From assembly GCA_951406725.2 (NCBI GenBank), contig OX597815.1, forward strand, positions 31,062,001-31,126,000: DNA of 64,000 nucleotides, read 5' to 3'. Positions 40,451 to 52,887 of this stretch are shown here, piece after piece. The DNA is from Octopus vulgaris (taxonomy: Eukaryota). The notes below the pieces were generated by a model. The model searched no databases. It had not been told where the DNA came from and saw only the letters and a list, made by a program, of their open reading frames with translations. A program made the translations under genes and the position numbers. Every line of letters starts with the position of its first letter. Position 1 is the stretch's first letter.

Positions 40451-40574
40451 ATTTGTTATTTTTCTTCTTTTTTTTTGTAATTTTATACAAATAGCTCTAT
40501 GACAATTGTTATTACTGTTGTTTAAATGACCAGAATTTATTTAAACGGACTTTAATACCAACACACCGTGACTA

Positions 40575-41631
40575 CAGGGGTTGGACAAAATAATGGAAAT
40601 ACATTAAAATTTCAAACAAATTTATTTTAATATGGGGTAGGACTGCCTTTAACAGTAATTACAGCTTGAATTCTTCAAGGTATGGATTCGTACAAAGTTT
40701 GAATTGTTTCCAAAGGAATTTTTGTCCATTCTTCAGCCAAAACAGTCTCCAGTTCTTGTAGTGATGATGGTGGAGGATATAGACTCCTTACTGTTTTTGT
40801 ACCATGCACCATAAATGTTCAATAATACTGAGATCTGGGGACTGTGGTGGCCAGATAAGCTGATCAGCTTCACTAGAATGTTCCTCGTGCCTTTCAGTAA
40901 AAAATTGGTGCATTATCATCCCAAAAGATTGCATTTCTCTCCGGAAACAGTTCCGCATTCATAGGATGAATTTGATCAGATAAATGCTTAAATGATCTTG
41001 ACTATTAATTCTGCCATGAAGGGAAAACATTGGGCCGGCGTATTTCCAAGATATAGCTCCCTCACATCACCAGATCATCACAGATCTTCCTCCAGTTGGG
41101 AGAAGGCAGTCTGATTCAAATGCTTCTTTTGGCTGTGTCCACATGTATACTCAGCCGGTGGTCGGAAATAAAGTAAAGAATAACTCGTCTGAGAAAATAA
41201 CTTTCTTCTGCTAATCTAGGGACCAATTCTGTAGGTTTCTACTCCACTCTAAACGCTTTGCAACGTTTGTTTTTGAAAGCAGTGGTTTTCTAATTGCAGC
41301 CCTCCCCTGAGATGCGGCTTTGTGCAGCTCCCGGCGAACAGCTTTTGTGGAAACACCAAACATTTCGTCTGTTTTCTTTACGCTAGCGCCTGCCATACGA
41401 GCACCAACAATTTTGATCACTTTGAAACTCCGATAGATCTGTCATTTTAATGAATTTTAATTACCTTTTTCTGGTGATATCTGAAAAGATACAGCAATTT
41501 TAGCAAAACATATGAAGCAAAATTAATGATAAATCAAAAAACAAAAATAAACAAGCTTTGACGGTTTTATAGATATTTCAAAATTATGATGCTATGATGC
41601 TAGGTGTTTCCATTATTTTGTCCAACCCATG
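40575..41631 (-). mobile_element. Tc1-family DNA transposon, internally deleted fossil
   Basis: TA TSDs, TIR CAGGGGTTGGACAAAATAATGGAAA; transposase remnants IVGARMAGASV, RKPLLS...RLEW, VIFSDE, DDNAP, WPPQSPDLSIIEHLW. Confidence 0.95.
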
Positions 41632-41641
41632 TATATTCTCA

Positions 41642-41696
<55 letters not shown>

Positions 41697-42336
41697 TTCC
41701 TTCTTTCTCTTTATTCTATTTGTTTGTCTAGTTTTTTTCTGCCGTAGTAGCTATTAAATATAAACTCCTAATACAAACTTATATAATCATATTCACAACA
41801 TAAGTGTCTGAAATTGAAAGAATTAACATTATTATATACGCTGATATATTTTGACTAATGTTTTCACGCCCACTAAAACTACTTAACACTTAACACTTAG
41901 CACTTGACACCTAATCAACGCCTATGCTCACTATCCCATTACTTAATTGTTCTACAGGCTAATAGGACCGCGTATATAAGCAGTAATTATGCGTCAAGTG
42001 TCGTAGTTTATCTCGTGGGCGTGAGTTCAGTCGCTGGTTTGGTCAGAAAATATACATTTTGGTTCAAGAGGTAAAAGTAAGTAAACTCACAAGTAAATTA
42101 ACAAATATATGAATCTCCCTGGTAGGATAACGAAACGAGAATAATTTACCCCCGTTCATTTAATTAAGGATTCAGTTTGAAATTCCGAGAATATTTTAGA
42201 ATTCACTTATCCGAATAAAGTCGGAGGGTACAATGGCTAAAAGGTTGCGTCGATAATATGACACAAATCCGAATATATCTGCGTATAATAAAGGTTGTAG
42301 ATTGTTTAGACTGATAAAATGCAATGTAGTACGTAC

Positions 42337-42665
42337 GTCGTGAGGTTGTGAGTTCGATTCCCGGACCGGGCTGCGTGTTGTGTTCTTGAGCAAGACACTT
42401 TATTTCACGTTTCTCCAGTTCACTCAGCTGTAGAAATGAGTTGTGATATAACAGATGCCAAGCTGTATCGGCCTTTGCTTTCCCTTGGATAACATCAGTG
42501 GCGTTGAGAGGGGAGGCAGGTATGCGTGGGTGACTGCTGGTCTTCCATGAAAACAACCCAGGTTGTGCGTTCGCCGGTGAGGGGACTTTCCGCCTAGACT
42601 TCTACCCTGGAGGAGAACCTCTTATGTGTACCCATAGTCATTCGTGACCGGTACAGTCGAGTTCT
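42337..42665 (+). mobile_element. tRNA/CORE-type SINE family D
   Basis: B-box GAGTTCGATTCCC, TGTGTTCTTGAGCAAGACACTT, body shared with 21292-21625. Confidence 0.85.
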
Positions 42666-42672
42666 ATACATG

Positions 42673-42995
42673 CAGGGTGTCCGAAAAGTCACTAATGGGT
42701 TTCGATTTTTAATAGCTTCTTTAACTTAACAAATAAATGCATGAACTTTTGTTACATTATAAGGGACATAATGGAAATTAATATGCACAAGGCAAATTTT
42801 GCAACGCTTCTACAAGGCCAGTTGACATTGCTGTAGCGGGAGATTATTCTCTCTCTAAAGCACTGCCGTAGCAACTGCATTGTTTTTCTTGTGGTATGAG
42901 AAGTTGCCTCATCTTGCTGGAGCCATGTTATTGAAAATCATGTTATTGGAAGTTATTGAAAACTGAAACCCATCAGTTAATTTTGGGACGCCCTG
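42673..42995. mobile_element. Tc1/mariner-type MITE
   Basis: TIRs CAGGGTGTCCGAAAA..ATGGGTTTC / GAAACCCAT..TTTTGGGACGCCCTG; TA at the right end. Confidence 0.8.
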
Positions 42996-43096
<101 letters not shown>

Positions 43097-44431
43097 TGTA
43101 TGTGTGTGTGTATATAACACGAAAATGTATGCACCAAAACCTTTCTCTAGCCAAGAGACTCAACGTAAAATGTGATCCTGTTTTCAGCTTCTCCCCTTCT
43201 CAATTTCGGTATATATATGTATATATGTGCACCTAAATATTTTCAGTTAAACTATAATAGGAAAACATTTATTCTATTAAAACGCATTTCGTACACTTAT
43301 CTTTATACATATAAATACATAAAATAAAATTATTTTCACCTTCTGTGAAAAAGTTAAACTTGTTTAATTGCGCAAAAAAATATGTATGTATATCAAAAGT
43401 TGATGCATTTTCTGCCTTTTCTCGTTATATTTCACATATGCATGTGCGTAGGCGCGGTGTGTGCATGCATGCGAGTATGTGTTTGTTTGGATTGATGGAT
43501 GGATGGAGTGACGTAGAGAGGGAATCATGCATATCATGCATGTATCTGTAAAGTATCTTAATGTGTATGTATTTATGCATGATAGAGCGAGTGAGATAGA
43601 CGTAGAGGAAAGAGCGGTCTAAACACACAAACGAACGTATTTCAGGAATTTAGTGAGCATCGATGGGAATGCGTGTGTGTGTGTGTGTGTGTGTGTTTGT
43701 GTAGTTTGCTCGCTAGTGGCTTTCAACCCCAGTAGGTTTACGATAGAATGTTTTCATTTCTTGGATTGCCAACCAATAATGGGAGAAGCTTATGCTTTAA
43801 AATTAGCATCAAACTCAATGAGACTTTTACCTATCAAAACATTTTGAAGAAAAACACTCGGCAACAACGAAAACAACAACGACATCAACCCTTACTTACC
43901 TATAATCCGTCGGATATTTCTCTTCCTATAAATTCTTATCGCTGCATCTTGAAGCGTCAGCGCCTACGATATATATCTGTAGTTATCACTAAATTATAGA
44001 AAGATAACTTGAAATTTCAATGAGGCGCCCCGCAGGAAAAACTTTGCTTGATAAATCAAAGTACTTAAATGCTATCTTAGTTATCATTTAAATGCGAGCA
44101 GGTATATTTTGGGAACAAAAGGCCATGAGACAAAAGCCTTCCGGGGAAATGTCTCTCCTCGGGACAAAAATCTCACTGTTAGGATGTGTAATTCAACTAA
44201 AGTTGTCAATAATTCTGTGGTGGGGCTTGTGTGGCGATGAAGTTTTCTAGCTGATAGTGTAGCGATTTACCTACGTAGTTATGCAGTTAATGTTTTTGGT
44301 AGAGATGCTATGCAGGAGATCTTCCTTGTCGTTGGCGCATTAATCGCAAAATTATGGAAGATATTGTATAAAAAGCCTTTTGTGAAAGAGGAGCTTTTGT
44401 CTCCACATTCAATTAAAAAGGGGAAATAAAA

Positions 44432-44725
44432 CAGGTACGCCGTCAGTTACGACGACGAATGTTCTACTTGATCCTGGGCGTGAAAGTAGCGTGCACTTCA
44501 CAGACACGCATACTCTTAACGTATTTTTGAGGGAGATTCAACGTGACACAGAATGTGATAAGGCTGGCCCTTTGAAATTCTGGTACAACTTTTTGCCATC
44601 TAAGTGAACTGGAGCAACGTAAACTGAAGTGTCTTATTCAAGGACACAGCGCGCCGCCGCGTATCGAACTCATGACCTTACGATCATGATCCGAATACCC
44701 TAACCACTAAGCCACGCGCTTTCGC
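44432..44725 (-). mobile_element. tRNA/CORE-type SINE family E
   Basis: A-box TGGCTTAGTGG, B-box GAGTTCGATAC, TGTGTCCTTGAATAAGACACTT...CTCCAGTTCACT shared with family D; different body. Confidence 0.8.
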
Positions 44726-45239
44726 TCACTCAATTTTACTAAAATTAAATAGACAATTGTTTATTCAAAACTACTTTAAATTATGCTCTCGTGCAATTTT
44801 TTTAGCTTAAAATAGTATTTCTGTGAAAACTGTGTTTTCGTTGAAATATCAATTTGCCAAATACTTTAGTCAGCAGAATTATCGTGAGTAGACATAATAC
44901 TTATCTCTACATCATAGAGCAAAACTAGAAACATCCAGAATTAATATTCCAATACTCTATTTAAAATGAAATCACAAATACGTTATTATCTGTATCTAGA
45001 TCGCAGTACCCTGGTATGTCGAAGAAGTGTCTAGGTGCAGCGCAGATTTCTATGAATAAAATTTAAGATAAGATAATGTAATCTTGAATGCAACGTTGTG
45101 GCTGGAATGTCTTTTATCATATGTTTGCACGCCAGAGTTGATCTGGACTTGACAGCAAAACTAACAACAATTGCGACAGCAACAACGACTACATAGTCAT
45201 AACGACAATATCGTTACAACAACCAGACAAATCGAGGGT

Positions 45240-45660
45240 TCCTCGTGAAAGTTATGAAATAATTCCTACAATATTGCTCACACTTTACAAAATTCATGAT
45301 AGACCCGCTTTGGAGTACTCCACATACGCTTAGGTCGGTACTGCTGATGCTGCTAGTGTTTTTGCTACTTAACTTACATTCACTGATATATCAACCACAC
45401 CAGGGCCGTCTTTGCAGCACTAGAAGCCTCTGTTCAGTTCCATGCACGTAGCCTTATAATATTTATTTACTGACCGCAAGCTACTGTATATACAGATTAG
45501 TATTGCGTCTCTAGAATCCTGAGTCTCCTGCGCAACTAACCAGTGTTAACGGGCCTTAAAACGGTTTTGTTTCACAAGCACATCATTTTCTCTCTTTGCG
45601 TCTACTGTTGCTTCTGCCAGGATCTCTGCTCCTCCGAAATAACTGTCAGCTATCCACACC
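45240..45660 (+). pseudogene. L2/CR1/Jockey-group LINE C-terminal fragment, interrupted by a short insertion at about 45401-45558
   Basis: ILLTLYKIHDRPALEYST resembles LLTLYKxxVRPxLEY; downstream SLCVYC..DLCSSE. Confidence 0.55.
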
Positions 45661-45809
45661 CTAAACCATTGGTTCTCAACCATTTATTGCCTATGGGCCC
45701 ATTTGATACCTATTTTACTCGGGTGAACACTCATAACAAGTCAATGTTTAGTAAACCCTAATATATCCTAATAAATCCTAATATATTTTTTATAATTAAA
45801 TATTATCCC

Positions 45810-46160
45810 CCAACATTTGAAGGCCTTGTGCCTAGAGTAGAAATAATAATCATTATTTTTGTTATTAGGCGGCCAGTTGGCAGAATCGTTAGCACGCCGG
45901 GCGAAATGCTTAGCGGTATTTCGTCTGCCGCTATATTTTGAGTTCAAATTCCGCCGAGGTGGACTTTGTCTTTCATTCTTTCGGGCTCGATGTAATCGAA
46001 TATCCACTTGCCCAAAATTTCAGGCCTTGTGCCTATAGTAGAAAGGATTATCAATTATTATCATTATTAAGGCGGTGGGCTGGTAGAATAATTAGCACAC
46101 CAGGCAAAAAGCTTAACGGCATTTAGTCCGTCTTCACGTTCTGAGTTCAAATTCTGAGTT
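45810..46160 (+). mobile_element. Cluster of three SINE-A pieces (tail, internally deleted copy, head) joined by ATT tracts
   Basis: Repeated GGCCTTGTGCCTA..GTAGAAA tails and AGGCGG..CTGG.AGAAT heads. Confidence 0.8.
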
Positions 46161-46164
46161 CAGT

Positions 46165-46818
46165 ATTGCCCTTACCCTGCGATAACATTCTCTTCTGATC
46201 TTTTCCCTCAACACTTAGTGTTTGATTCCCTCCCCTTGAAATACCCTTAGGTATTTGTAACTCTCCGCTGGTTCTAACTCCTTTATGACAATCTGCTGGT
46301 CAAGATTAGCATTGGATATTTTTGTCATTTTTCCTTTGATAAAGGTAGCTTTTACACATTTACCGAAGGCAAATTGCACCCTGATGTTATAACTTAATTG
46401 ATTAACAATCACTAGTTGTTGGTCATTTTTTGAAAAGAGCTTTAAATCATTCGTGTAAATGAGATTATTTATATTGTTATCAAACATTTTATAGCTGTGT
46501 TATACATCATCGAGTAATTTCGAGAGACGCATTAAGGCTAGACAAAGGAGGAGTGGTGATAGAGAGTCACCCTGGAAATTGCCACATGAAATTCTTACAT
46601 CTCCAGCATTGAGAGATTCATTGTCACTGTTCAAAGTTAATGTGATTCTCTATGATCTCATACTTACAGACAAGAAGCTTCGCAGAGTAGGTGCTATTTT
46701 ATACATTTCCAGACATTTCTTAATCCAGCTACGTGTTAAACCATCAAAAGCATTTTTATAGTCTATCCAGGTTATCGACAAGTTTTTGTGTCGTTTGTGA
46801 CAATCTTCCAAGATCATC

Positions 46819-46820
<2 letters not shown>
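46165..46820 (-). pseudogene. R4/Dong-like LINE reverse transcriptase fragment
   Basis: MILEDCHKRHKNLSITWIDYKNAFD, GNFQGDSLSPLLLCLAL, LIYTNDLKLF, YKYL; in-frame stops. Confidence 0.9.
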
Positions 46821-46870
<50 letters not shown>

Positions 46871-47422
46871 GAGTGAGAGAGCAGTGCATGCCATCAAAGT
46901 GACACTGGGGTAAAATATACGAAGCCCAATATACCCATCATGACTACCCGTCTGATAAAGGTACACCAGGTACATGCATCACAACCATATGTGCGCGACA
47001 TGGTGATCTCATATCAAGATAAACAGCACATGACCTTGCAGGTGGAGCCCAGTTAGAATTTTCTTCAGGTTGAGTAGCCATCCCGCTCAAAAGGTCCCTG
47101 AATAAGGGTTGTTTAAGGATGTTGAAAGAACCACCCATGTTTCCAGAGGTGAATTATTCAAACCCCAAAGAATCCCTCTCAACACATGGCTATGATGCTC
47201 CCCCACTACTTCTGCTCGTGATCAGAGATGCACATATCGTCAGCCACTAAGGGACATGCTCAACTGGTTAAGGTCAAACAACTGACAAGCAAATCTGTGG
47301 TATTGAGCAGAATATTTGCTGTAGCCCATCTTTTATACCAAGACAAAACAATGTACATGATAACACTTCCAATCAGTTAAGATCAGAAGCCATGAGAGCC
47401 ACTGCCTGGTACTGCATCAGGG

Positions 47423-47424
<2 letters not shown>
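46871..47424 (-). mobile_element. About 555-bp non-coding element embedded in (TAA)n on both sides
   Basis: Pure (ATT)n flanks at 46820-46870 and 47425-47540; partial second copy at 11241-11545; orientation inferred. Confidence 0.8.
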
Positions 47425-47482
<58 letters not shown>

Positions 47483-47497
47483 CATTATTATTATTAA

Positions 47498-47536
<39 letters not shown>

Positions 47537-48409
47537 TATTAAGTTGAAATATCGTTCTGAGTTGAAATACCGCCGGGGTCGATAAATTAAGTACCAGTTG
47601 CGTACTGGGGTCTATCTAATCACCTGACGAATTTGGATGACGAAAATTGAGCAGTAGCGAGTCGCATGTATATGTGTGTATGTGAGCGCCCCCGTGCATA
47701 TTTATATCACCTTATCGCTTGAAAACCGGTGTCGATTTGTTTATATACCCGTAACTAAACTGTTCGTCAAAGTGCATTTCTAAGACTAAATACTAGGCTT
47801 AAAATATATGTGCTGGGGTCGATTTGTTCGAATAAAAAAATTCAACGCAGTGCACCAGCATGGCCGCAGTCCAGTGCATGAAAAAAGTAAAAGGAAATGA
47901 AGTGCAGTTTTAGTGTTATGTATCAAATAAGATTAATTATAAAAGAAAATAGAAGACAGAATGGTAAACATTAGCATAATATAAGCATATTTTGAAGAAA
48001 TATATCTTCAAAATTTCTATGAATTTATGCATTAAAAGAGAAACATCAATATTTGAAAAAAAAAAAATTCAAAATTCCAGGCATCTCATTAGTAATTATC
48101 ATAATATATGGAACATAAATGAATTAAAATGTGGCAATGTTCTCGTTTTCTTCAGAGGCGAGCAAACGTGAAGTCAATATAAATACTTGAAACATCATGT
48201 GAATGTGCGGGGAAATCGATTGCTTTATTTCACTAAGTCCCTTCAATAAGGTATAACCTCTAATTTTCTCTGTCGGTTGAGGAGATGTTTATAAATATGC
48301 TTCTTTCTCACTCTCTCTTGCTCACTCTTTCTGTCTCTCTCTCTCTCTCTCTACCCCTCACACATACAGAAAAATGTACGCGCTTACACAGATATTCATA
48401 CACATGCTT

Positions 48410-48708
48410 GAACACATACATGCATACATACATACATACATACATACATACATACATACATACATACATACATACATACATACATACATACATACATACA
48501 TGCATGCATACATACATACATACATACATACATACATACATACATACATACATACATACATACATACATACATACATACATACATACATACATACATACA
48601 TGCATACACACATATATATCTGCGGTGGTAGGTAAGTATGTAGGTACGTATGTACCTATGTATGAAAGCATGTATGTAAGTACGTACGTATGTATGTATG
48701 TATGTATG

Positions 48709-48739
<31 letters not shown>

Positions 48740-48770
48740 GTATGTGTGTGTGTATGTAGGTAGGTAGGTA
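48410..48770. repeat. Inverted (ACAT)n/(ATGT)n microsatellite pair
   Basis: (CATA)n at 48412-48605 followed by (TATG)n at 48688-48737. Confidence 0.9.
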
Positions 48771-48972
48771 GTGCATGCTTGTGAAATTATATACATACAT
48801 ATGTTTGTATGCAGATATACGTGATTGTGAATGTGTGTGCATGTTTGTATATATATGCATGCGTGTATGAATGGATATATGCATGTATTATCTATATGTG
48901 CATGTATGTACACACATTCATACACCCACACAGCGAACATTATACATTGATAAAAAGAATATAAAACTTGAG

Positions 48973-49014
<42 letters not shown>

Positions 49015-49057
49015 CATATACATATACATATATATACATATATATATATATATATAC

Positions 49058-49090
<33 letters not shown>

Positions 49091-49999
49091 TTTGTTCGTT
49101 TTGTTGGGGTTTTGCTCCTCAAAAACTGTTGGTATATTTTAATGTTATTTCTTTAACGTATTCAGTTGAAAAACGCGACACATTTATTTATTTTTTTTGT
49201 CATCACGCAGCCGTCGTTATCGTCGTCGTCGTCAACGCCCTCCTCCTTCTCCTCCTGTATACATTCTGCTTGTGATGACGAGGTCGTGTGAAAAAAAAAC
49301 TGAATACATAAAGAGATAGCCGTTAGTCTAAAACGTTTGAAGTTCAGAAATAGGTGACAATGCACGTGTGCAAAGAGGAAGGGAGAAAGTGGAAGGCCTA
49401 GTGAGAGATGTAGTTTTTCGAAGTTGAAGATTGTGCTCGGTGTTGCTCGGTGCAGATTTAAAAGGAAAGCAAAGAAATTATGGGCTGGTGGCAGAACGCA
49501 GCAGTTACGAGGAGTGGCAAAATGTTCTTGTTTTCTTTAGATGTTATGCTTTTAATTTTCTGCTCCTTTTTTAATTTGCATGTGTATGCGAGGGTGTGTG
49601 TCTCGTCTTTATTTTTTTATGAATAAATCTTGAATAAAGTGCAACATTTAACAGACAAATTAGATCACGTTTTGATGAACATATACAGAACAAAATTCGA
49701 ACGTTTATTTATTTATTCATTTATTTATACATCTTATTTTATTTGTTTATTTATTGTTTTATTTATTACTTATTTTATTTATTTATTTAATATTATCATT
49801 ATCATTTTAATTTTTTTTTTTTTTGTAAATGGTGTTGAGGAGTGGGGCTTCGGTCTCAGTTACACCATAAAGAAATAAAATATTAATGAGACAAGTTGCC
49901 AGGTAGACAGTTATTGTTGTGAGCATATTCTGGACCAAAACATCTTTAAAAGGGGTTTCTTTTTTTTTTATGTGAGCCTTTAACTTAAAATATTTAGTC

Positions 50000-50133
50000 G
50001 CCGCCATATTAATTAAAAGTCATAGAGAGAAAAAAATAAAACCAAATAATAAAACACCAATAAAAAAAGAAAACACACATCATGAAATAACAAGGCAGCT
50101 GGCATATACCGCAGCACGTGTTCATGACGTCAT
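50000..50133. promoter_or_regulatory. Cluster of transcription-factor motifs (YY1-like, CCAAT, E-boxes, CRE)
   Basis: GCCGCCATATT 50000-50010, CCAAT near 50057, CAGCTG 50096-50101, CACGTG 50115-50120, ATGACGTCAT 50124-50133, in unique DNA. Confidence 0.35.
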
Positions 50134-50750
50134 TATGGGAGACATTCTAAAACGAACGTCCGTTTCACTTTATCGGTTTTGTAGATCTGCTATGGACATG
50201 AATATAGAAACACTTATTTTCATTTATATAGTGAAGCTTTTTTTAATTTGACTTTTAGATTAATATATTTTTATATATATATATATATTTTATTACTATA
50301 ATTTTTATTGTTGTTATTTTTTTAATGTAATTTTTGCATATCGTAGTTTTTTGAAATTCCTTATTAAAAAATAGTTTCGTTATCTGAAAGATATTACTGA
50401 TACTTAATTTTTTCTTTTTATTATTATTCTATCTATATGTATATATTAGTGTGTTTGCGTGTATATGCGTGGGTGTACGTAGTTGTGCATGTGTGTGTGT
50501 GTGTGTGTGTCGCTGCAATATGTGAATGTGCATATTCTGCTGAATCAACGCGTGTTCATAGTGTAAGAAAAATGCAATGGGTGACGTTTCATATAAGCGT
50601 TTATAGGATTATATGAAAACAGAAACACGCACAAATATACACACTCACACACACGCACACACACACAGACGCGTATGTGCATATATAATTCTGTGTCACT
50701 ACGGGAATTTTTATGTATGTATGTATGTATGTATGTATGTATGTATGTAT

Positions 50751-50811
<61 letters not shown>

Positions 50812-50823
50812 TATATGTATATA

Positions 50824-51190
50824 CGTGGTTGTGTGGAGAGTAGCTTGCTTCCCAACCACATGGTTTCGGGTTCAGTCCCACTGCATAGCACCTTGGGGAA
50901 GTGTCTTCAACTATAGCCTCAGGCCGACCAGAGCCTTGTGAGTGGATTTGGTCGACAGAAACTGAAAGAACCCCGACATATGTCGGTGTGTCTGTGTTTG
51001 TCCCCCTCCCCACCGCCATCGCTTGACAACTGATGTAGGTGTGTTTACCTCGCCGAAGTATAGCGGTTCGGCAAAGGGACCGATAGAATACGTACTAGGC
51101 TTACAAAGAATAAATCCTGGGGTCGATTTGTTCGACTAAAGGCGGTACATGGCCGCAGTCAAATGACTGATAAAGATAAAAGAATAAAAG
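50824..51190 (+). mobile_element. SINE family B, full length, short internal spacer
   Basis: GGGTTCAGTCCC B-box, CACCTTGGGGAAGTG, B tail ending in TAAAAGA repeats. Confidence 0.9.
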
Positions 51191-51262
51191 AAAATATATG
51201 TTTATATATATATATGTATGTATATATATATATATACACATATACGCACTTACACATATACG

Positions 51263-51304
<42 letters not shown>

Positions 51305-51419
51305 CACACAACCACACATATATATGTATGCATGTATACACACGCACACACACATACATATATTAATGTTTCGCGTAGGTATCACCATGATACTAATAAA
51401 CTCGCGTTAGAACTCTGTC

Positions 51420-51940
51420 AGAGACTGCGGGGAAGTGTGCAATTTATTTACTGTATCAAATGGGATAAAACAAGGGTGTGTTCTTGCACCAGTCTTATTT
51501 GCTTGTATTTCTCTGGCAAGTTGGTAACAATGTTTGAGGGTGTTAAAGAATGAGTAAAGTTTGAGTGGTGGCTTGTTTAACCAACAGCGCTTGAAAGCCA
51601 AAACTAAGACTTTGGTACAAACAGTTCGATATTTGCTCTTCCCAGACAATTGTGCACTTGTAGCACACACTCTTGAAGACATGCAATGAATTCTAAACAA
51701 CTTGTGTGCATCAAAGGCTTTTGGTCTGACCATCAGTATCAAGAAAACAGATCTTGTCCCTTTAAGAAAACACATCGGAAATAAGCCACAAGTACTCAAC
51801 TTGTCCTCAACATGTTCCATTTGCCATAAGTTTGCAAAACACCAGTCGGCCTCAAGAGACACATTCGTGTCTACAGATCATGATCGATGCTTTATTTTAC
51901 TAAACTCTCATTTGTCGTTCAAAGCAAGAGAATTCGCTGT
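51420..51940 (+). pseudogene. RTE-BovB LINE, internally deleted (RT core joined to C-terminus)
   Basis: SNGIKQGCVLAPVLF, GGLFNQQRLKAKTK, LLFPDNCALVAHT, FGLTISIKKT, then a terminal CxxC (TCSICHK). Confidence 0.9.
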
Positions 51941-51957
51941 ACACAAACACACACACA

Positions 51958-52004
<47 letters not shown>

Positions 52005-52165
52005 ATGTCGAAGAATGAGAGTAAGTGCTCAACACAATATTGGTGAATACTTTTTTTTTATTATGTATTAAGGCTACCATTATTTTCATGTTAAGAAAAA
52101 TATCTTGACATCTTAACAATTTTTCAAGCAGATCCCACGGAGAAATGGTATTCGTCTCCATTTTG

Positions 52166-52206
<41 letters not shown>

Positions 52207-52332
52207 TATATTGTATAGAGGGCATTATTACACATAAATGCCACACGCTAGGAGGGACTTTCAAAGTCATTACTACCAAAATTAAACGAATCGTACCGAA
52301 TACAGCTCTCGAAGCAAGACATTTAAAAAACA

Positions 52333-52409
52333 GAATTTAGTTCCAGATCACCTGTGATTTCGCAATTAACGTATTATCTACGTCTTTTGTTCATCAGTGA
52401 AACATATTC
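52333..52409 (-). ncRNA. Type-I hammerhead ribozyme in a (TA)n-flanked, probably Penelope-like element (about 52201-52634)
   Basis: GAAUAUGUUUCA-CUGAUGA-ACAAAAGACGUAGAUAAUACGUUAAUUGC-GAAA-UCACAGGUGA-UC-UGGAACUAAAUUC: intact core, stems I-III pair, AUC cleavage triplet; A10.1-C11.1 mismatch. Confidence 0.8.
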
Positions 52410-52739
52410 AGAACATATTAAAAATAAACAAAACCAACATACCTAGCGGAACCAAACAGACAACTGTCGCCTCCATCGTAGCACATGGAAATGTTTATCC
52501 ATCACATATTCATGTAAATGGCGGGATTTTTCGAACTGCATTTCGGTAAGAAACGTGTTTCTTCGGAACAAATTTAACAATTAAGGATAAAATCTTAATA
52601 AGAAATCTTAACAAGAAATTATCAGGTAGTTTCTATATATATATATATAGAAGCCACCAAATTGAGGAAGTGGAGCAGGTAAAATCCAGGCTACATATAT
52701 TTCCTAGCTAGCAGAACCTCAGAAGTAATAATTACTCAC

Positions 52740-52836
52740 CGTGGGGTACTCCACTAGCTGCTCATCAGCCCGAAAATATATTTTGGTATTACTGTGGCAG
52801 AGAGCAAGTTTGATTGCTTCGTATTCGGTTTGGTGG
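52740..52836 (-). CDS. Candidate 97-nt internal exon (HQTEYEAIKLALCHSNTKIYFRADEQLVEYPT), product unknown
   Basis: Acceptor TTTCCTCATTTCCTATCATCAACCAG|, donor ACG|GTGAGT, open frame with protein-like composition; no recognised homology. Confidence 0.35.
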
Positions 52837-52887
52837 CTGGTTGATGATAGGAAATGAGGAAATACAGACTATTATTACTTGTCCTGT

